From IMG/VR virus record IMGVR_UViG_3300023179_000152, positions 1 through 51,816 of that record: a stretch of 51,816 nucleotides of DNA. One strand, 5' to 3'. Position numbers and translations under genes: made by a program. How positions within the stretch are numbered: position 1 is the stretch's first letter; each line of letters begins with the position of its first letter. Under the pieces are notes generated by a model. The model was not told the DNA's origin. It did no database searches and saw nothing but the letters and a program-made list of their open reading frames with translations. Shown one piece after another: positions 13,735-24,102 of this stretch. The DNA is from a virus. Taxonomy: Duplodnaviria > Caudoviricetes.

Positions 13735-14204
13735 TAATATCAAATCAAGATCTTTTAATACCTTTTCAACAAAATAATAAGATACCCAAAAATTTTGTTC
13801 TTTCTGATTTAGATTATTTTTGTCCAACAATTGATATGGTAAAAGATGAATTATTTCCTAAATATTGGAAATGGCTTCAATCATTAAAACTTACAAAATG
13901 GATGCATAAATGGGATTGCGATAATTTTGCAGATGCTTTTAAATTATTTGCTTGCGGATATTATGAACAAGTTATTGAAAGTGATGCAAATGGCATAGCA
14001 GTAGGCGTGATCAATTATATGGCTAATAGTAAAGCAGAAAATGGATTACAAGGTGGACATGCTATCAATATAGTTTATATAGATAATAAAAAAAATGATG
14101 ATGGAACTAATAATTTTTATCCACTTTTTATAGAACCTCAAAATGGAAGAATATATAATCTAAGTCAAGAAGAATTTGATAGTATTTGGACAGTTTATAT
14201 ATAA
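13731..14204 (+). CDS. papain/transglutaminase-like protein
   Basis: WDCDNFA...GHAINI...FIEPQ (Cys-His-Glu); ATGA overlap. Confidence 0.65.
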   Translation: MIISNQDLLIPFQQNNKIPKNFVLSDLDYFCPTIDMVKDELFPKYWKWLQSLKLTKWMHKWDCDNFADAFKLFACGYYEQVIESDANGIAVGVINYMANSKAENGLQGGHAINIVYIDNKKNDDGTNNFYPLFIEPQNGRIYNLSQEEFDSIWTVYI

Positions 14205-14221
14205 TTTAATATAATATAAAT

Positions 14222-14863
14222 ATGTCTTTTTTAAATGCAAATATACCTCCGATAGAATGCTTTGTAAGAGGCAATTATCTAAGAAATCAAAAAGATAGTC
14301 ACGAAAAATTTTTCCCTTGCCTTATATTTGGGGTTTCTAGCATTCCTGGTCAAGTACCATTATTCAATTTTTTAATGGAAGATGGTGGAATTTGGTGGCA
14401 TGCACCAATTAGCGCCTTTGCTTCTAAAGAGGGAACCCCAGAACAAGATTTACATGAATTAGAACTTTGGGATAGTTTTAGTTATCATATAGCTGTTACA
14501 AAATTTTATCTTTTTGAAAATAAAAAATTAAAATTTTTATCTAGAAATAACAAAGAATATTTTGGAACTTATCTTTTTACTTTGGATTGGGCTCATAGTG
14601 ATTATAATGAAATTAATTTTGGATTTAGCGAACATCCAGATCAACATAAATGTGGACATGTATTAAAATTAGATAATGGTAACTTTGCTATTCAGCCTAA
14701 TAATAGATTAAGAGTGTTTGATCCTAATTTTGTAACCAAACAAGGTCAAACAGTTATAGAGCGAAAAGTTAATACTCATATATGGACTGCGGAAAATTCA
14801 CCCAAATGGATAACTGAAGATAACGATAATTATGAATATGGTGTAATAAATACAAATGAGTAA
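14222..14863 (+). CDS. conserved phage hypothetical protein
   Basis: 213 aa; LNANIP...HKCGH...GNFAIQPNNR. Confidence 0.8.
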   Translation: MSFLNANIPPIECFVRGNYLRNQKDSHEKFFPCLIFGVSSIPGQVPLFNFLMEDGGIWWHAPISAFASKEGTPEQDLHELELWDSFSYHIAVTKFYLFENKKLKFLSRNNKEYFGTYLFTLDWAHSDYNEINFGFSEHPDQHKCGHVLKLDNGNFAIQPNNRLRVFDPNFVTKQGQTVIERKVNTHIWTAENSPKWITEDNDNYEYGVINTNE

Positions 14864-15260
14864 CGAAGGTCTTATTTTCCCTAAATTAAACGAAAGACAA
14901 AAAGATCTTTATCTTAAAGTAATTACTAATTTACAAACCTATGGATATTTTGATAGGGGAACTGGATCAAATGGAATTCAATATCTAAGCGCAGAGCAAA
15001 ATCCATTTAAAGAACAAAATTTAGAATGTGAATATTGTGTATTTTATTATCTTGAAGGCGACAAGCCTAGATGTGAATTAATTCAAGGAGATATTGATGA
15101 AGAGGGTTGGTGTAAATTTTGGATAATTTCTGAAGAAGACATTAAAAAAGAATCTCAAGCAGCTTTTAAACTACTAAATTCAAAAGCCAAAGCTTTTGAA
15201 ATAGTTTATAAAAACAAAAATGGAGAATTAGATGAATCAAAAATTAAAAATAACAAATAA
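14856..15260 (+). CDS. HiPIP-like four-Cys domain protein
   Basis: CEYCVFY...CELIQGDIDEEGWCKFW. Confidence 0.6.
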   Translation: MSNEGLIFPKLNERQKDLYLKVITNLQTYGYFDRGTGSNGIQYLSAEQNPFKEQNLECEYCVFYYLEGDKPRCELIQGDIDEEGWCKFWIISEEDIKKESQAAFKLLNSKAKAFEIVYKNKNGELDESKIKNNK

Positions 15261-15513
15261 AAATATTCTCGAAGGAGAAAAAGCAAACCCACAAAATTGT
15301 GCGATAGCAAGAGCCATTAAAAGCAAAATGAAAAATAAAATACAAGAAGTATCAGTTCTTCCAACTCAAGTTATTTTAAAAATAGATAAAAAAATGTTTG
15401 TTGCAGAAATGCCAAAGCAAGGTACAAATTTTATTAAAAGATTTGATCGCGGATTAGCAGTAAATCCATTTGAAATTAAATTAAAATTTAAAAAAGGTTA
15501 CGCTTTAATTTAA
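15232..15513 (+). CDS. hypothetical protein
   Basis: 93 aa; GGAG Shine-Dalgarno upstream. Confidence 0.7.
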   Translation: MNQKLKITNKNILEGEKANPQNCAIARAIKSKMKNKIQEVSVLPTQVILKIDKKMFVAEMPKQGTNFIKRFDRGLAVNPFEIKLKFKKGYALI

Positions 15514-15578
15514 ATTTAATTTGAATTAAAATAATTCAAATTAATATAATACGGGTGTAATTATTTAGGTAAGATAGA

Positions 15579-16313
15579 ATGTCTAAAAAAAATAAAAATA
15601 AACAAAAAGAAGACAAGTCAGTTCCTGTTCCTCAAAGAGATAAAATTGAAGGATTTTTAACTATTCGTGAATTACAATGGACAGAAAATCAAAAGAAATT
15701 TATTCAATTACTTCAAGATAAAAATACTAAAATGGTATTTTGTAAAGGTCCAGCAGGAACAGCCAAAAGTTTACTTAGCGTATACGCAGCTTTAAACGCA
15801 ATTAATAGTAAAAAGATTGGTGAGATATTTTATGTTCGTAATCCAGTAGAAAGTTCATCTCATAATCTTGGATTTCTTAAAGGAGATCTTCATAGTAAAC
15901 TTGATCCTTATCTACAACCATTAATGGATAAACTTCATGAATTATTACCAAAGGCACAAGTCGAAATGTTACTGAAACAAGAAAGAGTTAAAGGCTTACC
16001 AGTAGGATTTTTAAGAGGACTAAGTATTAATGCAAGTTATATTATCTGTGACGAAGCTCAAAATTTAAGCATACATGATCTACTACTTATTACCACTAGA
16101 ATGGGTAAGTTTAGTAAATTAATATTAATTGGAGATATCAGACAAGCAGACATTAAAAATAGTGGATTTGAAAAAATATACAATCTTTTCGATGACGACA
16201 AAAGTTTTAAAAAAGGTATTTGTACTTTTAAATTTGGCAGAGAAGATATTATGCGAAATGATATATTAGCTTATATTATCGAGAAATTTGAAGAATTAGA
16301 TAACAAGAAATAA
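15579..16313 (+). CDS. phoH: PhoH-like ATPase
   Basis: GPAGTAKS, LGFLKG, FLRGLS, DEAQN and GDIRQAD motifs. Confidence 0.93.
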   Translation: MSKKNKNKQKEDKSVPVPQRDKIEGFLTIRELQWTENQKKFIQLLQDKNTKMVFCKGPAGTAKSLLSVYAALNAINSKKIGEIFYVRNPVESSSHNLGFLKGDLHSKLDPYLQPLMDKLHELLPKAQVEMLLKQERVKGLPVGFLRGLSINASYIICDEAQNLSIHDLLLITTRMGKFSKLILIGDIRQADIKNSGFEKIYNLFDDDKSFKKGICTFKFGREDIMRNDILAYIIEKFEELDNKK

Positions 16314-16339
16314 CAAGAAATAATTGTGTAATACACTAT

Positions 16340-16627
16340 ATGTCTAAATATTATTTTAGAGATAGTGGATTTGAAGCAGAAGCACTTTCAGCAAATATTA
16401 CTGGTAATGGAGTTATTTTAAATTCCCCAGCAAATAGTAGCATATATTTACTTGGAGTAAGTTGTCATAAAGATACAATTTTAAAACAAAATGACGACAA
16501 TGGAAATATAGTATTAAATATTGCTGCAGGAAATTATAACTTACCAGCAACAGTTAAAGTAGGTGATAGCGCAAATTTATATGTTGCTAGTACTGGGCCA
16601 GTATCAGTAATATATCATACAAATTAA
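16340..16627 (+). CDS. hypothetical beta-rich protein, probably structural
   Basis: 95 aa; GTGTAA 8 nt upstream. Confidence 0.7.
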   Translation: MSKYYFRDSGFEAEALSANITGNGVILNSPANSSIYLLGVSCHKDTILKQNDDNGNIVLNIAAGNYNLPATVKVGDSANLYVASTGPVSVIYHTN

Positions 16628-16631
16628 TTTT

Positions 16632-18239
16632 ATGTCTAATATTCACGATACTAATTTCAATAAAAACGTAATCGAAGTCTATACAGAAGAACCTGGATTT
16701 ACAGGATATAAAGGTTTAGAATGGAATAAGTTAGATAATATAGAAGATATTCTACAACAAGGAGTTGTAATATCTGGATCTTTAACTGACAGTGCTTATA
16801 TAAGTGGAATAAAACATGATACATCTAGTATAGACAGCAAACTATTTGCTACTGGCGACCCTTATCCTGCAGGAGTCCAAGGAACAATTGTTTTTCAAGC
16901 TGATTTAAGTTCTCAATTTGATAATGTTGATATTAGTGGAACAGCAGGAAATAATATAAATTCTATAAAAAATAATTTATCACAAGGAGTAGATGTTAAT
17001 GTAAAAAATTTCGCAACAGAAACATTTCAGATAGATGCCTTTGGTAGACAAAGAGTTTCTGAACCATATACTTTAGCAGATTATTCTCATGTTTATGGAG
17101 AAGAAACTGAATTATTAATAAAAACTAGTGGTACAAATTCTACTGTAACTTTTGATATTAATAAAGCAAAAGCTATATTAACAGTTGGAGCAGGAGCAAA
17201 TGATTTTACAATTCATCAAAGTAGAATGTATCATCACTATATGCCAGGTAAAAGTCAATTGACTTTTCAAAGTTTTAATTTTACTGGATATAGAAATGGT
17301 ACAAATAAAAGAATTGGACTTTTTGATGATAATAATGGTATATTTTTTATGCAAAGTGGGGATGGAACTTTAGGAATTGTATTAAGAGATAATGTTTCGG
17401 GATATATAAATAATAATATTATTTGGCAAAATAATTGGAATGTAGATACTTGCAAAGGAACTGGAATTTCCCAATTTAATTTAGATACAACAAAAACTCA
17501 ATTATTTACAGCAGATTTTCAATGGTTAGGAGTTGGAAGAGTAAGAGCTGGGTTTGTACATAACGGAAACTCAGTTATAGCTCATGAATTTTATAATAGT
17601 AATTATAAACCTTCTGTATATTGGAGCAATCCTAATCTTCCAGTACGTTGTGAAATTAGAAATTATTCTGCCGCAGTTGGAACAGATTCTATGGATCAAA
17701 TTTGCGCTACAGTAATGAGTGAAGGTGGATATAATGAAGCTGGAGTAGATTTTAGCGCCTCAACAACATCACCAATATCTATAGATAATACAACAAAAAA
17801 ACCATTAATAGCTATTCGTTTAAAAACTGGATATTATGGAAAACCTAATAGAAGTATTGTTAGATTAGGACAATCATCAATTTTTTCAGCAACAAAACCT
17901 GTTGCATTTGAATTTTGGAGATTAACTGGAAATGCTAATATAATTGGTGGATCATGGGTAAGCGCAAATAATGAAAGCGTTGTAGAGTATAATACAACCG
18001 CTACAAGTATAACAACCACTAGCGGATTAATGCTTAATATGGGATATGTTAGTGCTGGTGGACCAGCTGGAAATTCAGCTGGTGCATCAAATAATTTTCA
18101 AAGTATAAGTTCAGCAAAAAGAGGTTATATTAGTCAAAATATTGATAGTACAGAAAGTAATATATTTGCAATTGCAATATCTGGATTAGATACAACAACA
18201 AATGTTTACGGTGGAATGCAATGGCGAGAAACTAGATAG
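16632..18239 (+). CDS. putative virion structural protein
   Basis: 535 aa; DAFGRQRVSEP and FQWLGVGRVRAGF motifs; N-terminus shared with the next gene. Confidence 0.75.
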   Translation: MSNIHDTNFNKNVIEVYTEEPGFTGYKGLEWNKLDNIEDILQQGVVISGSLTDSAYISGIKHDTSSIDSKLFATGDPYPAGVQGTIVFQADLSSQFDNVDISGTAGNNINSIKNNLSQGVDVNVKNFATETFQIDAFGRQRVSEPYTLADYSHVYGEETELLIKTSGTNSTVTFDINKAKAILTVGAGANDFTIHQSRMYHHYMPGKSQLTFQSFNFTGYRNGTNKRIGLFDDNNGIFFMQSGDGTLGIVLRDNVSGYINNNIIWQNNWNVDTCKGTGISQFNLDTTKTQLFTADFQWLGVGRVRAGFVHNGNSVIAHEFYNSNYKPSVYWSNPNLPVRCEIRNYSAAVGTDSMDQICATVMSEGGYNEAGVDFSASTTSPISIDNTTKKPLIAIRLKTGYYGKPNRSIVRLGQSSIFSATKPVAFEFWRLTGNANIIGGSWVSANNESVVEYNTTATSITTTSGLMLNMGYVSAGGPAGNSAGASNNFQSISSAKRGYISQNIDSTESNIFAIAISGLDTTTNVYGGMQWRETR

Positions 18240-18279
18240 TTTTTATTATATTTTTATTTTTTAAGGTGTAATATTATTT

Positions 18280-18900
18280 ATGCCAAATATTCATGATCAA
18301 AATTTTAATAAAAATGTAATAGAAGTTTACACAGAAGAGCCAGGATTTACTGGTTATAAAGGTCTAGATTGGAATAAAATTGATAATATAGAAGATATTT
18401 TAACGCAAGGCGTTGTAATATCTGGATCTTTAAATGATAGCGCTGGAATTAGCGGAATTAAAGTTAATACAGATAGTATAGATGGTAAATTATTTATTAC
18501 TGGCGATCCATATCCAGCAGGAGTACAAGGAACAATTGTATTCCAAGCTGATTTAAGCCAACAATTTGATGCAGTTACATCTTTTCCAGAACAAAGCACT
18601 GGAATTAGTAATTTTGCTCCTAGTGGAACTAATGGATTAGTTTTAGCATCAAATTCTTATCGCAGAGAATTATATATTCAAAATTTAGCAACAGGACAAC
18701 TTTATGTAAAATATGGAAGCACAGCTGCAAGTTTATCAAGTTTTAATTTTGTTTTAGCTGGTAATTCTTCTCAAGATGCAGGAGATGGCGGTTCATTAAA
18801 TGATCAAAGTTATGTTGGAGGCGTTAGTGTTTCTGGAATTGGAACACCAAGATATATCGCTTGGGAAAGAACAAATATAAATAAAACTCCATTAACATAA
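18280..18900 (+). CDS. putative virion structural protein
   Basis: 206 aa; first ~95 aa highly similar to 16632-18239. Confidence 0.75.
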   Translation: MPNIHDQNFNKNVIEVYTEEPGFTGYKGLDWNKIDNIEDILTQGVVISGSLNDSAGISGIKVNTDSIDGKLFITGDPYPAGVQGTIVFQADLSQQFDAVTSFPEQSTGISNFAPSGTNGLVLASNSYRRELYIQNLATGQLYVKYGSTAASLSSFNFVLAGNSSQDAGDGGSLNDQSYVGGVSVSGIGTPRYIAWERTNINKTPLT

Positions 18901-18901
18901 T

Positions 18902-19978
18902 ATGGAAATCGATTTTTCAAAAGAGATAGTTGCAAAAAAGGGCAAAGCTCCTTTAAATAAACCATTTAGACTTCCTTCTGGCAGTAAAAAGAAATTCGGT
19001 GTTTATGTAAAGAATGATAAGGGCAATATCGTAATGGTAAAATTTGGCGATCCAAATATGTCTATCAAAAGAGATAATCCAGAAAGACGCAAAGCTTATA
19101 GAGCAAGACATGGTTGTAGTAATCCAGGACCAAAATGGAAAGCTAATTATTGGAGTTGCAGAATGTGGAGTTCTAAACCAGTTAGTAAAATTACTGGAAG
19201 CGAAGATGTAACATTAGAAGCAGAAATTCAAGCTGGAAAAAAAGGTCTCTGGTATAATATTCAACAAAAGAAAAAAAGAATGGGTAAAAATTATCGCCCA
19301 GCAAAACCAGGATCACCAAATTATCCAGATAAAGATGCATTTAAAAAAGCTCAAGCAGAAGATTATAATAATGAAAATTATGAATGGGATGGTGAAACAG
19401 AATTTGATCAAAATGAATTTTTAAAATTAGATTCTTCATTATCTCAAATTTTAGAAGTTGATGAAGAGATGGAATCTCCAGAAGAAGAATTAAGAGAATA
19501 TAAAAGTGATTTTCTTGAAATGATAATTGGATCAATTAATTCTATTAAAACTAATGCAGAAAATATTTTAAATAAAATAAATGATCCAAAAATTGCAGAA
19601 AATTTAACTGAACCATTTTTACAACAATACGCAGCCCTTGCTGAAGATTATATGATTACTATTCATAATTATGTTATGTTTAATCGAGACGAAGAAAATG
19701 GTGAAATGGAAAACATACCAAATGAATCAGAAGCTCAAATTAAAAATCAAAAATCTCATTTTCAAATTGGAGATAAAGTAAGAAATATTAATGCTAATTG
19801 CAAACATTTTGGTAGCGAAGGAATTGTTACAGAATTAAAAGAACTTCCAGAAGATATGGGTTATGCAGTTATTTATAAAACAACAAACGATGGCTCAACA
19901 TGGAAAAAGGGTGATATGTTAGGTAAAACAGAAATTCAACTTAAAAAAATAGACGAGGATGTTCAAAAAGAAAAATAA
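18902..19978 (+). CDS. modular phage protein, possible internal head protein
   Basis: Modules LNKPFR...VKFGDPNM...RARHGC, GLWYNI..KKKR and C-terminal GDKVRNIN..CKHFGSEG. Confidence 0.7.
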   Translation: MEIDFSKEIVAKKGKAPLNKPFRLPSGSKKKFGVYVKNDKGNIVMVKFGDPNMSIKRDNPERRKAYRARHGCSNPGPKWKANYWSCRMWSSKPVSKITGSEDVTLEAEIQAGKKGLWYNIQQKKKRMGKNYRPAKPGSPNYPDKDAFKKAQAEDYNNENYEWDGETEFDQNEFLKLDSSLSQILEVDEEMESPEEELREYKSDFLEMIIGSINSIKTNAENILNKINDPKIAENLTEPFLQQYAALAEDYMITIHNYVMFNRDEENGEMENIPNESEAQIKNQKSHFQIGDKVRNINANCKHFGSEGIVTELKELPEDMGYAVIYKTTNDGSTWKKGDMLGKTEIQLKKIDEDVQKEK

Positions 19979-20489
19979 ATTTTGGAATTGGAAAACAAAA
20001 ACATTATTAGTTGGGGTTACATTAATCGTATCTTGGATCGCATGTTTAAAAATTGGTTTTGAACTTAAAAAATATAGCAATATAACAAATCTTCCTAATT
20101 CTTGTTTTGTGGATGCAATGATTTATGCGTCTCAATGCAACCTCCTTTTAACTACAAATACCGATATATGGAATACAGTATATGGTTTTACATTTTACTA
20201 TAAAGATGATAAAGAAAGTATGCTTGGTCATGCGGTTTGTATTTTTGAATATAAAAATAATTTATGGATATATGATCCTAATTGGGGTACATCTCCAATA
20301 TGTCAAATTGGAGATAAAAAACAATACAGACAAAAAATAAGATTGTATATTAACGAACATTATCCTATAATGGTAGTAGAGGACTTTATGCTAAATGATT
20401 GGACATATGTTCAAAAAATAAAGAAAAATAAAATGAACAAATCTTATCAAGAGGTGTCTATACATTTAGATGAAGATAAGAAGGAGTAA
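19959..20489 (+). CDS. membrane-anchored papain/transglutaminase-like protein
   Basis: N-terminal TM helix; NSCFVDA...GHAVCIF...IYDPN (Cys-His-Asp). Confidence 0.6.
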   Translation: MFKKKNKFWNWKTKTLLVGVTLIVSWIACLKIGFELKKYSNITNLPNSCFVDAMIYASQCNLLLTTNTDIWNTVYGFTFYYKDDKESMLGHAVCIFEYKNNLWIYDPNWGTSPICQIGDKKQYRQKIRLYINEHYPIMVVEDFMLNDWTYVQKIKKNKMNKSYQEVSIHLDEDKKE

Positions 20490-20498
20490 ACTAATATC

Positions 20499-23210
20499 AT
20501 GAAAATGAACCTACTAAAAAGGTTACTAAGAAGCACAGCCGCAAATTTAATTGCGGCTTTTTTAATGTCTGGATCACTTGGAAATTCTGCAATATTTTTG
20601 TGGAATAATACTGGATCAGCATGGACATCAGGCACCAGTTGGACAAATGGCGTACAACCTTCATCTACTAGTTCCAGTACTACTACTGACGAAGTACAGT
20701 TTGGAAATGTTGGCGCTAATTTTAATACTGTTGACTTGACTTCTAGTAGATCTGTTAAGAATTTAACATTTTTAACAAATGCAAATGCATATACATTTAC
20801 AACATCATCTGCAAAAGTATTAACTACTAGCGCTGGTATTACAAATAATTCAACTGCAATTCAAACATTTAATCTACTTGTAGAAAATGCAAATGCTAGT
20901 AATACTTGGTATCAAACATCTGGTGGTACTATGGTATTTAATAATTTAGTTACCTTAACCACTTCATCTTCATCTACTTCTAGAACATTAACTCTTGCTG
21001 GTGGTGGCACATTTACATTTAATAATTCTTTAAATCAAGGTGGTTTAGCTACTGCAGGTAAAGTAGTTATTAATAATGCTGGTGGTACAGTAAATCTTAG
21101 TAGCGCTAATACGCTTGGAGGCGGAATGCAAATAACAGCTGGTACTGTTAATTTTAGTAACGCTGGATCATTAGGCACAGGAATATTAGAATTAGGAGCG
21201 ACAACTGGAACGTCTTATGGAAATAGTATTTTAAATAATTCTTCTGGTTCAGCAATAAATTTAACTGGTATTACAGGACTAATATGGTCTGGTACAACTC
21301 CAGCAGGAATTCAAATTGGAACGTCTGCTAGTACTGCTGCAAATAATATAGATTTTGGTTCTGGATTAGTAACTACAACTACATCTAGAGCCATGAATAT
21401 TGCTGGTTCTGGAGTAACAATTTCAATGGGGACTCTCACAACAACTGGAACAAGTAATGGTTATACATATACATTTGATGGAGTTGGAAATACTATTGAT
21501 CTAGATGGATGGAAGATTAGCACAGCAGTAACTCCTATTCAAAATGTTGTTCATCAATTAAAGGGTTCAGCTAATTTAAATATTGGTACTATTGAAAATG
21601 GTACAGCTGGATGGGTGAATGGTATTGAAATTAATAGTGGTGGTATAAATAGATTAACTGGAAATAATACTTATACTGGAACAACATCATTTTTAAATGG
21701 CACTAATTATATATCTGGTAATAATAGCGCAGCAACAGGAAATGTAAGTATTGCTGGTACATCTGGATCTGGAAAAATGCCATTAGTAAGATTAGATTCT
21801 GCTAATGCTATTTCTAGTTCTAGTAGTATTTCTGGATCTACAAGCACAACTACTACAGGTACTTTAGATTTCAATGGTGCTACTAATTATATATTTAATG
21901 CTTATAATGGTAATAATATGTTTTTTACAAATTCATTTGGACAGTACTCAGTTGTTACTTTTACTAATATTGCGAATACAATTACTGCTTCTGCAGGTAC
22001 AAGTGGTGGTAGACAATTGATCAATAATAGCACAAATTTATTAATTACATTTAATGGCAATATAGACATTGGTTCTTCTACTACAGGAATAAATAATACT
22101 TTAGGTGGTACAGGCGATTGGCTTGTAAAAGGTAATATTTTTAGCACAACAGCTGGATCAGTAAGGGGTTTAAATAAAACTGGCACAGGATTATTAGAAT
22201 TAAGAGGTTTAAATGATTATAATGGCGACACGGTAATGTCTGGCGGTACATTATTAGTAACCTCATCTGGTTCGATAACAAATAGTACAGTTCAATTAAG
22301 TGGAGGTATTTTAGATGTAAGAGGTACGATTGGCGCATTAAATCAAACAGGAGGTTCATTTGATTTAAGAGGCAACGCTGGATTATTTGGATTATCGACA
22401 GGTACAGCTACTGTAAGATCTGGTGCGACTTTAGGAGATAGTGTATTAAACGGAGGTTTATTAGATGTATATGGTACAGCAGGAGCAGTAACAGTTAATT
22501 CTAATAGTACAATTAATGTAAAAAATGGAGGAGTTATCGGCACTACTACCGTAGGTGGTGGTACTTTATTAGTAGATGGAAGAGCAGGAGTAACAACAGT
22601 TAATTCTGGTGTTAGCACAGTTAATAGTGGAGGTATAATTGGTAACGCTGTTATTAATGGAAGTTTATTATCAATAAATGGTACAGCTGGAAATATAACA
22701 GTAAATACTGGTGGAACTTTAGGAGGATCTGGTTTCGTAGGAGATGTATTGTTAAACGGAGGAACATTATCTCCAGGTAATAGTCCAGGTCTGCTAACAA
22801 CCTCTAGTTTAGATGCATCTAATGGAAATTTTATTTTTCAATTAGGCGCTCCTACTACTAGAGGAATAACTTACGATGCAATAGATGTAACAAATCTACT
22901 AAAACTTGGAGCAAATACAACTTGGCAATTTCAAGTTGATGGAGGATATAATTTTCAATTAAATGATAGTTATGATTTATTTAATTTTGGAAGCATTGAT
23001 ACTACTGGATTCGATATAACAGCATTAGATATTGCTTTACCAGATTTAAATACAGCGACCAGTGATTTAAAATGGGATACAAGCTCTTTTACAACAGATG
23101 GAATGGTAAGTGTTGTTGCTAATGTTCCAGAACCATCTGCAGTTCAATTATTTGGAATTGGTTTGATTTCTTTGCTTGCTTGTCGTAGAATAAATAAAAG
23201 AAATGGATAA
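20499..23210 (+). CDS. PEP-CTERM protein with autotransporter-associated beta-strand repeats
   Basis: Signal peptide; LTGNNTYTGTT and KTGTGLLEL.G.NDYNGDT repeats; LSPGNSPG; C-terminal VPEPS, TM helix, RRINKR. Confidence 0.88.
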   Translation: MKMNLLKRLLRSTAANLIAAFLMSGSLGNSAIFLWNNTGSAWTSGTSWTNGVQPSSTSSSTTTDEVQFGNVGANFNTVDLTSSRSVKNLTFLTNANAYTFTTSSAKVLTTSAGITNNSTAIQTFNLLVENANASNTWYQTSGGTMVFNNLVTLTTSSSSTSRTLTLAGGGTFTFNNSLNQGGLATAGKVVINNAGGTVNLSSANTLGGGMQITAGTVNFSNAGSLGTGILELGATTGTSYGNSILNNSSGSAINLTGITGLIWSGTTPAGIQIGTSASTAANNIDFGSGLVTTTTSRAMNIAGSGVTISMGTLTTTGTSNGYTYTFDGVGNTIDLDGWKISTAVTPIQNVVHQLKGSANLNIGTIENGTAGWVNGIEINSGGINRLTGNNTYTGTTSFLNGTNYISGNNSAATGNVSIAGTSGSGKMPLVRLDSANAISSSSSISGSTSTTTTGTLDFNGATNYIFNAYNGNNMFFTNSFGQYSVVTFTNIANTITASAGTSGGRQLINNSTNLLITFNGNIDIGSSTTGINNTLGGTGDWLVKGNIFSTTAGSVRGLNKTGTGLLELRGLNDYNGDTVMSGGTLLVTSSGSITNSTVQLSGGILDVRGTIGALNQTGGSFDLRGNAGLFGLSTGTATVRSGATLGDSVLNGGLLDVYGTAGAVTVNSNSTINVKNGGVIGTTTVGGGTLLVDGRAGVTTVNSGVSTVNSGGIIGNAVINGSLLSINGTAGNITVNTGGTLGGSGFVGDVLLNGGTLSPGNSPGLLTTSSLDASNGNFIFQLGAPTTRGITYDAIDVTNLLKLGANTTWQFQVDGGYNFQLNDSYDLFNFGSIDTTGFDITALDIALPDLNTATSDLKWDTSSFTTDGMVSVVANVPEPSAVQLFGIGLISLLACRRINKRNG

Positions 23211-23448
23211 TCAATTGAGAAATATATTATTGAATAATTATGAAAGAAGTCTTCCATCTAAAAGAAATACAGAAGATTTTATAAATAATTTTCATCAATA
23301 TAGAGCTAAAAAGAAAGCTCAAGAAAAAACCTACTATTCATTAGCTTTAATATTATTATTAATTGTTACAGCATTAGGTTCAATTGCTATAAAGGAAACA
23401 ACGAATAAACTAGATATACAAACGGCAGCTGGACAAGTTCAGAAATGA
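23203..23448 (+). CDS. single-TM hypothetical protein
   Basis: 81 aa with a hydrophobic segment. Confidence 0.65.
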   Translation: MDNQLRNILLNNYERSLPSKRNTEDFINNFHQYRAKKKAQEKTYYSLALILLLIVTALGSIAIKETTNKLDIQTAAGQVQK

Positions 23449-23759
23449 AATCTTTTATATTATCAGATCTATTATTTTATTTTATGTTATTTCCAATAGC
23501 TTATATTTGCGCTTTATTTTATATGAAAGATATTAAACCAGAAAAACAATATAATTTAGGTCTTGATTTTGAATATGTGCAAGTTGATGAAGGATCATCT
23601 TTTGTATCTCACGCAGAACCAATAGGTCAAAATAGCCAACCTTGGATGTTGAGTTTAGTAGAAAAACCAAAACCAACGATAGATACAAATCAACATTATA
23701 TTATGGTTGGATATATGATGAAACAAATAAGATTAAGAACAAATTTATGCAAAAATTAA
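23445..23759 (+). CDS. membrane-anchored hypothetical protein
   Basis: 104 aa; ATGA overlap. Confidence 0.6.
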   Translation: MKSFILSDLLFYFMLFPIAYICALFYMKDIKPEKQYNLGLDFEYVQVDEGSSFVSHAEPIGQNSQPWMLSLVEKPKPTIDTNQHYIMVGYMMKQIRLRTNLCKN

Positions 23760-24082
23760 TATATATACTATTAGCAGCTTTTTTATTAACTACTTATTCA
23801 TATACAGAAAATCAAATTAAAGTAAGTATTAAAAGAAATAATAAGGGAGAAATTTTATTAAATATAACTGGACATACTTCACCTATAACTGTAGAGCTAG
23901 ATGGAAAAACTACAACATTTAATGTTGGAGATAAAGAATTAAATCTTGATGAAGCTATAAGCGTTGAAGTTCCATCTATAGATACAGCAAGTGGAATTGA
24001 AAAATCGAATGTTGATAATCAAACGGTTATACCACCAGTATTAAATGCATCTCCTTATCCTCCAATGGCTACTCCATTTTAA
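23747..24082 (+). CDS. secreted hypothetical protein
   Basis: MQKLIYILLAAFLL signal peptide; start moved to 23747. Confidence 0.65.
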   Translation: MQKLIYILLAAFLLTTYSYTENQIKVSIKRNNKGEILLNITGHTSPITVELDGKTTTFNVGDKELNLDEAISVEVPSIDTASGIEKSNVDNQTVIPPVLNASPYPPMATPF

Positions 24083-24102
24083 TATGGTGTAAGCTTTATG
24101 TT

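Noticed and set aside
16301-16323. TAACAAGAAA direct duplication at the phoH stop
   Set aside because: A single 10-bp duplication with no associated element, likely replication slippage.
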